A stretch of 64,000 bases of DNA from Ostreococcus lucimarinus. Taxonomy: Eukaryota. Below the pieces are notes generated by a model. That model did not search any database, had not been told where the DNA came from, and saw only the letters and a list, made by a program, of their open reading frames with translations. Positions within the stretch are counted from its first letter, which is position 1. Each line of letters starts with the position of its first letter. The position numbers were made by a program, and so were the translations under genes. The stretch is taken from NCBI GenBank assembly GCA_000092065.1, contig CP000586.1, one strand, 5' to 3'. This document shows positions 47,743 to 57,220 of this stretch, piece after piece.

Positions 47743-48303
47743 TCAAACGACGTACAAGTACAGCTTGTTAAACGCCGAAGAATCGACGCCGCCCGCCGCT
47801 CGCTCGCGCGAGCTCGCGAAACTCTCCACGCGCGTCAACTTCTCCCCCCACGTCTCCTCGGGCATCTTGAACAAGTACGTCACCACCCTCGACCCTGGTT
47901 TCAGTTCTTTCAGCAATTTCGCCCCCAACTTCGCGTTTCCCTTGGGCAAGAGATACGAAAACACCACCGTCGCCTCGCTCGCGCTCGCGTCGAACGCGGA
48001 CGCCTCCTCGACGCGCACTAAATCCTTCTTCAACAGCGCGTTCGCGCGCGCCGCGCGTTCGCGCGCGACGGCGCACGCGCCGGGATCAATCTCGATCCCC
48101 ACGCTTCGTGCGCCGCGTTCGAGCGCCGCGGCGACGCACACGCGACCGTCGTTACACCCGAGGTCGTACACGATGTCATCGGGCGAGACGTCGGCGAACG
48201 CCAGCGCGCGCGTCACCATGAGGTCTGGAGTGGCGGATATCGGGCCGAGATCATCGGGTTCATCCATGCGCTCGCGACGACGCGCGGTGGTCGCGTCGGT
48301 CAT
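47743..48303 (-). CDS. Small class I SAM-dependent methyltransferase
   Basis: Motif I DIVYDLGCNDGRVCVAAA, motif post-I SVGIEID, motif II-like TVVFSYLLP. ATG at 48303. Confidence 0.6.
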   Translation of the reverse strand: MTDATTARRRERMDEPDDLGPISATPDLMVTRALAFADVSPDDIVYDLGCNDGRVCVAAALERGARSVGIEIDPGACAVARERAARANALLKKDLVRVEEASAFDASASEATVVFSYLLPKGNAKLGAKLLKELKPGSRVVTYLFKMPEETWGEKLTRVESFASSRERAAGGVDSSAFNKLYLYVV

Positions 48304-48428
48304 GGCGCGACGACGACGACGACGACGCGAAGTGCGGGCGCGGCGCGGCGGTTGGAGCGGAATCGACTGCGGTATGAAAACAACAACACGAAATTTTGAC
48401 TAGTTTGTGCTCGCGCGTCGCGGGGAGA

Positions 48429-50969
48429 TCACCAGTTGAATTGTAACTCGTGCGTACCCTCGGTGGCGCCTAGATCGATCGAGAGCGCGCCGGTGCGCGG
48501 GTCGAAATCGGGCGAGACGGCTCGCCCGTCGACGTGGACGGATGTCGGCGCCCGCGAGGCGTAACACGCGAGCTCGCCGAGACCGTACGCGGTCACGTTT
48601 GCGGATCTTCCGTTCATGTCTATGCGTAATATGGATCCTCCACCGTTGTACATCGCGGTCAGACCTATGGCGGCGAATTTGATGTCGCCTTGCTCGAGGA
48701 GTTCGGCGATGGTGTAAATTTCCCAATCCTTGTGCATGAGCATGATGGACGTGCACTCCTTCAAGCGCAGGATTTCAATGCGCCGGTTGCGATGGGAACG
48801 GACCACAAACGATGCACCCTGCGTCGATCGATCGGCGATACCTTCAACGTCTCGTGGACACAGTTCCGCGAGCGTGGCGGAGATTGGTTTCGGCAGACTC
48901 GCGAACTGATTCGTGGCGCGCGACCACGAGGCGCCTTGAATGTTGAACACGCCGATCACTGAGTTCACAAAGTTGCGGTTCCACACCTTGAGCGCCGTTC
49001 GACCATCGCGAGTGACGTCTCTGAACAGGCAATCGCGGGTTGGACGACCCGCCTGGCGGCATCGAAGTACTCTACCGGATGGGAACACGAGCTGATGGAG
49101 AATCTCAAAGTCGTGCTTACCCGGATGATCGCTCACGTACACCGGACACCCACCGATCGCGCGCGTCGCGGCGTGTAATGCACCGGCTACGTGCTGACTC
49201 TGAAACATGTCCCAATCGGGCAACACAATCTCGCCCATGAAGATGGAGTTGTACACCACGTTGGCGATGTGCACCGTGTGGCTCGCTTCGTTCGCCGGGT
49301 AAAAGTCGTCGCTCGCTCTCGCCAACGCGCTCGACTTGAAGTTATAAATGTTCTCCGTGGAGTGACACATACAGTTGATGATGCCATTATCGGGGAAATG
49401 CGCCCGCACGGACTCTTCCAACGCCGCGTGCACGCGCCTGGCAAATGCGGGACCGCCGCCGTTTTTGTACCCCAACGCGCCGATGACGGCTTGCGCGTCC
49501 ACCTTGACGCCATCAACGTCCGACGCGGAGAGATAATCGTGCGTGACGACGTAAAAGTGCGCCAAAGTATCGGGACTAGGCACTCCGACCCCGCCCACGG
49601 TGAGCGGATCCCACGCCTGGGACGGTTCCACGGTCAACACTCCCGGCGTATGCTTGGGATACTTCATCACCGATCCGTACTTCGCTACGTTTTCCTCATC
49701 CGGATGAATACCACCCCAATACCCGAGCAACGCGTGCCAACAGTACACGTACTCCACCCCAAACTCGGTCTTGATCTTACGAACCACTTTAGCGAGCCCA
49801 TCCACGGACTCGGCTTCGGGAAGAAGGTCCAACTGCGACGGTCGCGCGCTCGCGCCTGCTAATTTTCTACGGAAAAATTTTGGCAGTACGCGCTGGGATA
49901 AAGTCCTCGACATCCCGCTACCGATGACGTGCAGCTTTTGAAACTTGTGATTCGCCTTGACGGCGTACACGCGATGATTAAAGTGACTCATGCTCGACAC
50001 CACCACCTTGACGGTGTGATAAAAGACGTAATTCATCAACAGCCTAAAAATGTGCCACGTGAGGGATCGAAAACGACTGGCGTGCAAGCGGCTCCAGTAA
50101 AACGACGCCGCCATCGCCGCCAACACGCCGGGCGGCGGCGAGGCCGACGTCGTCGGTGGAGGCACGACCACCGCGTTCGAGTCGGGAACCGTCTTATCCT
50201 TCTTGCTCACCTTGCGATAACTCTTATCCGGCAGCACGCTCTGCCAACCGTCGTCGATGATCACGAATCGCGCCGGCGCCCCACCGTCCCGCAGCGTCTG
50301 CACGCCTTGTTCGATCCCATCCGGCGTGACGTCGGTATAAAACGCATCCCACGTGCACCACCCGAACACGTCCACCGTCTCCGGCAACTTTTTATCCTCC
50401 AGCAACTCAAACGTTCCCAACATCGTCCGCGTCTCCGCCATCGCTCGTCGAATCGCCTCGTACGGCGATTTCGCGCACGCCATCACCATCACGTTATCCA
50501 CCTCGATCGCGTTCTCCTCCTCGCAGTTACTTTCAACGATCATCCACACCTCTCCCTTCGCGTTTCCCTCCAGCGTCGTTCGAAAGTGCGCCCCGCTCGT
50601 CGGCAGCGCGCACGCGTACCCCGCGCCGTCGCCCAGTTCCATGAGCGCGAACTGCGTCTCCGCTCGCACGTCCTCGCCTCCGTGTCCCCACGTCGGCGTC
50701 ATCCACCACAGTTTACACCGCGCGCTCGCCACGAACGCCGTCGCGCACATCTCTCCGCACAGCTTGACGCGGTGTCGCGACCGCGCGCGATCGGCGCGCA
50801 GGTGAAACGCGACGCAGTCGCCGAGTCCGTCGACTTCGTCGCGCGCGCGCGTCCCGCGACGCGCGCTCGCGCCCGCGCGCGCGCACGCGACGTGCGGGCC
50901 GAGCTCGCGGAACACGTCGACGTCGCCGTCGACGACCGCGACGGCGTCACCGCGGACGTCGACGCGCAT
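48429..50969 (-). CDS. Raffinose synthase / galactinol-sucrose galactosyltransferase family (GH36)
   Basis: FRCKLWWMTPTWG, FGWCTWDAFY, VKVDAQ..., FMGEIVLPDWDMFQS are typical of the raffinose/stachyose synthase family. I chose the ATG at 50969 (MRVDVRGD). The ORF extension to 51227 is R-rich. Confidence 0.85.
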   Translation of the reverse strand: MRVDVRGDAVAVVDGDVDVFRELGPHVACARAGASARRGTRARDEVDGLGDCVAFHLRADRARSRHRVKLCGEMCATAFVASARCKLWWMTPTWGHGGEDVRAETQFALMELGDGAGYACALPTSGAHFRTTLEGNAKGEVWMIVESNCEEENAIEVDNVMVMACAKSPYEAIRRAMAETRTMLGTFELLEDKKLPETVDVFGWCTWDAFYTDVTPDGIEQGVQTLRDGGAPARFVIIDDGWQSVLPDKSYRKVSKKDKTVPDSNAVVVPPPTTSASPPPGVLAAMAASFYWSRLHASRFRSLTWHIFRLLMNYVFYHTVKVVVSSMSHFNHRVYAVKANHKFQKLHVIGSGMSRTLSQRVLPKFFRRKLAGASARPSQLDLLPEAESVDGLAKVVRKIKTEFGVEYVYCWHALLGYWGGIHPDEENVAKYGSVMKYPKHTPGVLTVEPSQAWDPLTVGGVGVPSPDTLAHFYVVTHDYLSASDVDGVKVDAQAVIGALGYKNGGGPAFARRVHAALEESVRAHFPDNGIINCMCHSTENIYNFKSSALARASDDFYPANEASHTVHIANVVYNSIFMGEIVLPDWDMFQSQHVAGALHAATRAIGGCPVYVSDHPGKHDFEILHQLVFPSGRVLRCRQAGRPTRDCLFRDVTRDGRTALKVWNRNFVNSVIGVFNIQGASWSRATNQFASLPKPISATLAELCPRDVEGIADRSTQGASFVVRSHRNRRIEILRLKECTSIMLMHKDWEIYTIAELLEQGDIKFAAIGLTAMYNGGGSILRIDMNGRSANVTAYGLGELACYASRAPTSVHVDGRAVSPDFDPRTGALSIDLGATEGTHELQFNW

Positions 50970-51225
50970 GGCGCGAGCGCGCGCGCGCGAGTGACGCGTC
51001 GTTCTCGGCGTCGGCGCGTCGCGCGAGTCCGCGATTCGGAACACCGCGACGACGGTCCGTCGGTCGCCGATCGACGCGCGCGCCCGCGTCGTCGCGCGCG
51101 CGTCGGCGGGCGCGCGACGACGCGCGGCGCGCGCGCGCGACGAAACGCGGCACGCGCGGACGCGACGACGCCGAGAACGACGCGCGACGACGCGCGACGA
51201 CGACGACGCGAAAAAACGCGACGAC

Positions 51226-51846
51226 ATGCTCGAGCGACTGCAGCGCGAGCTCGACGCGGCGGAGCGGCGGTTGGCGAGCGAACGGCGCGCGGAGGAGGCG
51301 AGCGCGGCGCGATTGGCCGAGACGACGCGAGACGTCGAGCGACGGCGGATCGAGCGCGACGACGCGAAGGCGGCGCGGGACGAGGCGATGGCGGCGCTGG
51401 CGGAAGCGCGCGAGGAGCTCGACGCGCTGGAACGGGCGAAACGCGCGGAGGACGAGGCGATGGTGGAGGTGATGAAGATGATGGACGAGCGACGCGCGCG
51501 CGACGACGACGCGCGACGCCGACGACTCGACGAGACGAGAGCGGCGATCGAGTTCGAGTTCGACGCGCGCGCGATGATGAGAGAGCATCGAACGTCGCTG
51601 GAACTTTCGGATGAGATCTACGAGCGCTCGAAGGGGCTCGAGGGCGTCGGGCCGTGGCGGGACTTTGATCTCGGCGACGTCCCGGACGATTTGGTCGAGA
51701 CGATCGCGCGCGTCGTCGACGCGCGACGAGAGAACGACGCCATTCGCGACGAGTTGCTCGCCAAGGGCGCCGACGCCAACTACGCCGCGTTTAGAGACGA
51801 GCTCGAGCGCATGCGCGCGAGCGATCGTCCGGGGTCTGACGTCTGA
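51226..51846 (+). CDS. Hypothetical coiled-coil protein
   Basis: 206 aa with ATG at 51226. E/R/A-rich heptad-like sequence, no family recognised. Its first 40 codons lie opposite the rejected R-rich N-terminal extension (50970..51227) of the raffinose synthase ORF rather than its chosen CDS. Confidence 0.3.
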   Translation: MLERLQRELDAAERRLASERRAEEASAARLAETTRDVERRRIERDDAKAARDEAMAALAEAREELDALERAKRAEDEAMVEVMKMMDERRARDDDARRRRLDETRAAIEFEFDARAMMREHRTSLELSDEIYERSKGLEGVGPWRDFDLGDVPDDLVETIARVVDARRENDAIRDELLAKGADANYAAFRDELERMRASDRPGSDV

Positions 51847-51949
51847 GACGATTCTTTGTAAACTCGGCGCCGGTGCCCGCATCGCTCGCGCTCGGCGCCT
51901 CGATCGCCCCATTCCGTCGCGCCGTTCCGTCGCGCGCGCGCGCGCGGAC

Positions 51950-52546
51950 ATGGACGTCCACTTCGTCTACGTTTTAGAGTGCGAGCACGACGCGTACTAC
52001 GTCGGCGTCGCGAGATCCGTCGCCGAGCATCGCGCCGGCGTCGGATCGACGTGGACCCGAATCCATCCACCGCGTCGCGTCGCGCGCGAAATCGCGTTCG
52101 CGTCGCGCGCGAGCGCGCTGGAGGGCGAGGACGTCGAGCTGAAACGGATGATGCTGCGCCACGGCGTCGATGCGGTCCGCGGCGGGAGTTACGTGTGCCC
52201 GAATCTGACTCGGGAGCAACGCGCGGCGTTGGACGGCGAAATCGCGCATCGCGAGGGGCGGTGCCTGCGATGCGGGAGACGAACGCACGTCGCGAGGGAT
52301 TGTTTCGCGCGCGCGCACGTGAATGGGTACGCGCTGAGCGCGCCGGAGGGATCGAGATCGCCGAATAGAGATGGACGATCGGCGGTGCGCAGGTGCGCGC
52401 GGTGCGGACGGGCGAGTCACTCGGCGCCGTCGTGTTTCGCGAAGTTTGACATCGACGGAGAACGCCTTTTTTGGGGCGAGCGGCGATCGAACGCGGAGTC
52501 GTCGTCGTCGGAGTACGAGAGCGCGGAAGAGACGTTCATGATGTAG
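51950..52546 (+). CDS. GIY-YIG (SLX1/YhbQ-like URI domain) nuclease with two CCHC zinc knuckles
   Basis: MDVHFVYVLECEHDAYYVGVARSVAEHRAGVGSTWTR...RVAREI...VRGGSY resembles the COG2827/SLX1-type GIY-YIG domain. Two CX2CX4HX4C knuckles follow (CLRCGRRTHVARDC, CARCGRASHSAPSC). ATG at 51950. Confidence 0.55.
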   Translation: MDVHFVYVLECEHDAYYVGVARSVAEHRAGVGSTWTRIHPPRRVAREIAFASRASALEGEDVELKRMMLRHGVDAVRGGSYVCPNLTREQRAALDGEIAHREGRCLRCGRRTHVARDCFARAHVNGYALSAPEGSRSPNRDGRSAVRRCARCGRASHSAPSCFAKFDIDGERLFWGERRSNAESSSSEYESAEETFMM

Positions 52547-52734
52547 TGGCGGTAGTGGTAGCGCGTAGAAGTAGGTATCTCTAGGTTGTGTTATTATTAA
52601 ATCAAAAACAATCAAAGAATCTAAAAGAATATCTGTTCGCGCCGCGCAAACCGCGCGGCGGGAACGGTTTGTATCGTTGTACAAAGGGAAAATCTTGGAA
52701 AATGGTTAAGATAGACCGATGCGTGACGCGCAAG

Positions 52735-53999
52735 TCAATCGCGCGCGTCCAGCTTGTAATCATCGGATCCGTCGGATCCGTCCGATCCATCGGCTTCGTG
52801 CTTCACGCCGGCGTCCGATCTGGCGCCGCCGTGCGTCTGCGTCGACGTCGGGTGGGCGTTGTTGGTCATGAAACCGCTCATACCCACCATCGGTGGGGCA
52901 TTTTGAGCGCCCATGTATCCCATCGCCGCTGCCTGCATGATCGACGCAAAATACGGACCAAACTGTTCGGGCGTGCCGTACGGCATCGCGTACGGGCCTG
53001 GATTCGCGAGCTTGGCCGTCGGAATCTGTCTGCCTCCTAAAGACGAAAACGCGCTCTTCTTAGCGTCGTTCGCCTCAGCTAAATCTTTACTAGCTGCTAA
53101 ACTGTCTCCGCCAGCACCCTTAGAATCATCAACCGGGCTATCTTTACCCTTCGTCCTCTTGCTATTGACCGCGGGCGCGCTCGGCTCGGCGGCGCCATCC
53201 GTGGATGTCGCCGCGCTCATGGCGTTTGCGTTTTGTCGCCACATGTTGGTCAAAAAGTTGATGTAGTTAATGAACTGCTGGGGATTACTCATTTGAGGAG
53301 GATTCTGCGCTCCAGCTGCGGGGTTCGACATGCCCACGTACGGATTCATCATGTGCTGAACCGGAAACAATCCCGGCTGCGCAAACATGCCGGCGCCCGG
53401 AGGTACGCCAAAGTAACCCGCGCGCAAATCGTGCTGCAAGCTCGTTTGCATTTTATCTGAAGCCACGGATAACACAGCCGCGACCGCCGCAGAGGAGGAT
53501 GCGTTAGCGATGTGTTCGGCTTGAGTCGCCGACCCCATCATATTTTGCGCCGTCCCAGTGCTCTTCCCCTCTCCGCTTCCGCCGCTCGGTTGCTGGCTCG
53601 TCGCCTTCTTCGGGTACGGGTGGTCGGGCTTCTTCTTCGGACGCGCCGGCGGGATCTTCAGGTTCAAATCCGGCGAAACGCTCCTTCTACTCTTCTTACT
53701 TCCAGAAGTCGAACCACGGGCACCGCGCCGTTTGCTCGAGTCGCCTTGCGACCCCGCCGGGGCGTCGCTTCCGCTCGCCGAACCTCGCGCGGCTTGTTCT
53801 TTTTGCAACTTGGAAAAAAACTTTTGCGCGTGCGACCGAATCTGGACCGCCGTCTTCGTCCCGATGTGTTCCTCAATCTTCCTCCACGCCCTCCCGTACT
53901 TTTTCAACGATTCAACGAACAACGCGTGCTCCTCATCGCTCCACTTTTCCCGTTTCTTCGTAATCGTATACGGCTTGCGCACCTTCACCGGCGCGCCCT

Positions 54000-54038
<39 letters not shown>

Positions 54039-54150
54039 GGTAGCTCATCGCCGTCTGCGCCTCACCCCGCTTTCTTCCATCGTGCTGCGCGCTCTCATCG
54101 TTCCCCGCGTCACCACCATCACCCGTCGTCTTCGACCCCGACCCGCTCAT
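52735..54150 (-). CDS. MYB-related transcription factor, CCA1/LHY/RVE (SHAQKYF-class) type
   Basis: Single MYB/SANT repeat KVRKPYTITKKREKWSDEEHALFVESLKKYGRAWRKIEEHIGTKTAVQIRSHAQKFFSKL, a poly-Thr tract from (ACG)n, and a Q/P/G/M-rich C-terminus. I chose the ATG at 54150 (MSGSGSK). Confidence 0.8.
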
Positions 54151-54644
54151 CGCGCGCGCGTCGCGTCGGTCCCCCGTGCCCTGCCTCGGAATCGCCCCGC
54201 GGACAATCACCCCCCGCGCGTTCGCGCGCGACCGTCGCACCCTACCGATGACGCGACGATCGCGACGCGCGTAAACTCAACCGAACCCTCGCACGCGCTT
54301 CTTCGCGCGAATCGCGTCGCCGCGTCCCTCGCGCGCGCGCGTCGACGCCCCGACGAATCACCCCGTCGCGCGTCGCGCGAATCGAATCGCGCGTCGCGCG
54401 CGCTCGCCCGCGCGTCGCGTCGCCTCGCCCGCGCGCGCGTATCGACGCGCGTAAATCAACGCGCGCGCGTCCCGCGCGCGCTCGCCGAGCCTCGCGTCGC
54501 CGCGCGCGTCGCGTCGTCGCGTCTTTCGCCGCCGCGCGCGCGCTTTTTCGCGTCGAAAAAGCGACGCGCGTCGACGACCCTAAACCGTCGCCGCTTTTTC
54601 GTGCTTTTTCGCTTTTTCTCGTGTTCAACGCGTTTTAACCCCAT

Positions 54645-55826
54645 ATGCGCGTCCGCACGCGCGCGCGAGATCTCGAAGATCTCGAGATCTCGCGCCCGCG
54701 CGCTTTTGATGGCTTTCGAACGCGCCTTAAAGCGACCCGCCGACGCGAGATCGCGGAAATATCTTTAGGGATATTTTGGATGTGTGTCCGTTTGTCCGAA
54801 GATCTCCACACGCACACAGAGCGGATGCGTTTTCTTCGCCGCATCGCGCGCCGCGCCATGTGGACGTGCCTCGACGCGTCGTGGTCGACGCGCGCGGGCG
54901 ACGCGGGCGCGGGCGCGGGCGACGCGACGACGCGCGATGCGGTCGGCGACGGCGCGGGCGCGGCGCGCGCGGCGGTGCGAAGCGTCGGGGCGATGATTCC
55001 TCGGGACGTGCTCGAACGGTGCGCGACGTTCGGCGCGCGAGGCGCGGCGAGCGGCGACGCGAGCGACGCTCGCGCGCGGCGCGCGGTGCGTCGAGTCGTG
55101 CGCGCGCTGGGGCAGGGGAGCGACGCGAAGGCGCGCGCGGTGGTGGCGGCGATGGCGGACGCGGCGAACGAGTGCGCGGCGAAGACGGTGCTGCCGAGAC
55201 GGGCGGACGAGGTGATCGAGACGTTGCGCGCGGTGGCGAGGTGCGGGGACGATTTCTCGCGAGCGATGGTGCCAGGGTCGGGGTGCGCGCTGTTGGACGC
55301 GATGGATGGGGGGAAAGCGCTGATGACGGCGAGGCGAAACGCGGACGTCGCGACGGCGTATTTCGAGGCGTTGGCGAGCGCTTTAGGGGTCGAGAACGAA
55401 CGCGCGATGGGGTTGTTTCGCGCGCTGGCGACGGTGAACGTGTTTGAGCACGACGATCGGCCGACTGTGTTCGGCGTGATGGATGTTTTTCAAGGGTTGG
55501 CGTGCTCGGCGTCGGCGCAGTCCGCCGTCGCCGTGGCGGCGGCGTTGGAGAAGAGCGGCGCTTTAGGCGATTTCATCGCTCGGGCGTTCGTCACCATGGC
55601 CGCGCGCGAGGACGACGCGGACGCCATCGATGTGGCGATGTCGAGACGATTCTTCGCGTTCGTGATTTTCGTGTTACGCGCGAGGAGTGAACGATTTCAA
55701 GCGCTCGCGTTCGCCGGCGTGGAAAGCGCGGCGACGCCCGTCGTCGCGCGATTGTGTCTGTCTCGCGCGGGATCGGAGCCCAACGCCGCGGCGCTGTACC
55801 AAGAGATCAAGCGTCGCGAAAGGTAG
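54645..55826 (+). CDS. Hypothetical Ala-rich protein
   Basis: 393-aa ORF with ATG at 54645 and internal ATGs. No family recognised; an alpha-helical Ala/Arg-rich composition that codon bias alone could partly inflate. Confidence 0.3.
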   Translation: MRVRTRARDLEDLEISRPRAFDGFRTRLKATRRREIAEISLGIFWMCVRLSEDLHTHTERMRFLRRIARRAMWTCLDASWSTRAGDAGAGAGDATTRDAVGDGAGAARAAVRSVGAMIPRDVLERCATFGARGAASGDASDARARRAVRRVVRALGQGSDAKARAVVAAMADAANECAAKTVLPRRADEVIETLRAVARCGDDFSRAMVPGSGCALLDAMDGGKALMTARRNADVATAYFEALASALGVENERAMGLFRALATVNVFEHDDRPTVFGVMDVFQGLACSASAQSAVAVAAALEKSGALGDFIARAFVTMAAREDDADAIDVAMSRRFFAFVIFVLRARSERFQALAFAGVESAATPVVARLCLSRAGSEPNAAALYQEIKRRER

Positions 55827-55874
55827 AGTAACGATAGACTTAGGAACCATAGGTAGTTATTATTTATTGAGACA

Positions 55875-57143
55875 TCAGATACAGTTGAACTCGTCCGCGG
55901 CTAACGACACGTTCGTGTCTCTTCCAAAAATAGCGAGCGTTGCTTCCACCGATCCGTCGTCGTTTCTGGCGACTATGTGACCTTTAAACCCTTTAAACGG
56001 ACCAGTGTGCACTTCCACGCGATCGACCGAACCCGACGCTTCCTCGCGCGACGCCACCGGACGCATGTCCCCGGCGTCGGCTTCGTCGGCTTCGTCGCCG
56101 CGCTCGGCGCGCATGACCTCCTTCGCCTGCTCTCTGGCCTTTTCCGCCTCGATGTCCGCCTCGGTTTTCACCACCGGCAGACACCTTTCGATCATGCGTG
56201 GAATTTGATCGTCCATCGTCAACGGCGTGTTCAGCTTTTCGTACTTCTTCTTGCCGAACCTCGAGCTTCCCCCCGTGGCGAACCCTCGAACCGATCGCAA
56301 ATCGTCAAAGGCGTCCATGAGCTCTTGCGTCAGCGCACATCGCACCAAGACGTACCCCGGCTGAAGCATTTCAATCATGTCCTCTTCCTCGACCATTTGA
56401 CACAACTCCAGCTCGCTCTTCCCCACCGCATCCTCCTCGGCGACGTAGAAACCGTCCGCCGGCACGCGCGGCACCCACGCGACGACTTCGCCTTGCCCTC
56501 GCGTCAGTTTCGTCCCATTCAGCGCCAAAATCGCCGCCTTGGCCTGATTCTCCCGCGTTTCGGGCACCTCTAACATGTACCATCCCTCCCCCGTCGCCGC
56601 TTCCGACATCGCGCGCTGCACCAGGAATTCTCTCTGCACCACGCTCGCGCCCGCCTCCTTCATCGCCTCCACCTCGCGCGTCGTCGCCGCGATGCTCATC
56701 CCCAGGTGTCTCTTCGCCTCCGTCGCTCGCATCGCTCGCGGCACCCCGCCTCGTTTTTCTCTCCTCGCCGCGCGCCGTTCCTCGAGCGCGCGCGCGTTCG
56801 CTTCCTCCGCTTCTCGTTCCGCGCGCGCGTCTCGCTCGAACGCCTCGCGCGGCGACGCCCCCGCGTCCTCCTCCGCCCACGCCCTCTTCACCCGCGCCGC
56901 GAGCTCCGCCTTCTTCCCGCGCACCGGCAGTTCGAGCGCGCGCAGGATTTCCTTCAGTTCCGTCGCCTTGAGCGCGTCCAGGTCCGGGCGCGCGTCGTCG
57001 ACGGCGCGCGCGACGACGCGGACGCGACGCACCGGCGGCGGCGGCGTTCGCGCGACGTCCGCGCGCACCATCGCGCGCGGCGTCGCGGCGCGTCGCGACG
57101 CGACGCGAGGCGGCGCCATCGCGGTCGTCATCGCGGTCGTCAT
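55875..57143 (-). CDS. nusG: NusG-like transcription factor (NGN + KOW) with N-terminal SAP domain, probably plastid
   Basis: SAP motif LDALKATELKEILRALELPVRGKKAELAARVKRAW. NGN-like WYMLEVPETRENQAKAAILAL...PGYVLVRCALT. The KOW-type C-terminus VEVHTGPFKGFKGHIVARNDDGSVEATLAIFGRDTNVSLAADEF resembles E. coli NusG [42 protein letters not shown]. The track start at 57209 is GTG. First ATG at 57143. Confidence 0.7.
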   Translation of the reverse strand: MTTAMTTAMAPPRVASRRAATPRAMVRADVARTPPPPVRRVRVVARAVDDARPDLDALKATELKEILRALELPVRGKKAELAARVKRAWAEEDAGASPREAFERDARAEREAEEANARALEERRAARREKRGGVPRAMRATEAKRHLGMSIAATTREVEAMKEAGASVVQREFLVQRAMSEAATGEGWYMLEVPETRENQAKAAILALNGTKLTRGQGEVVAWVPRVPADGFYVAEEDAVGKSELELCQMVEEEDMIEMLQPGYVLVRCALTQELMDAFDDLRSVRGFATGGSSRFGKKKYEKLNTPLTMDDQIPRMIERCLPVVKTEADIEAEKAREQAKEVMRAERGDEADEADAGDMRPVASREEASGSVDRVEVHTGPFKGFKGHIVARNDDGSVEATLAIFGRDTNVSLAADEFNCI

Positions 57144-57220
57144 CGCGCGCGCCGTCGTCGTCGTCGTCGTCGTCGTCGTCTCGATGTGACGCCGTGCGCC
57201 GCGTCGCACACGCCGCCGCC

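Noticed and set aside
49929-51951. 561-aa plus ORF antisense to raffinose synthase and 334-aa minus ORF antisense to the coiled-coil gene
   Set aside because: Arginine/histidine-rich low-complexity, GC-driven.
51950-52546. GIY-YIG ORF as a homing endonuclease inside a mobile group I intron, or as a Penelope-like retroelement
   Set aside because: No flanking interrupted host gene and no reverse-transcriptase ORF or terminal repeats nearby. It is kept as a stand-alone nuclease gene (see findings).
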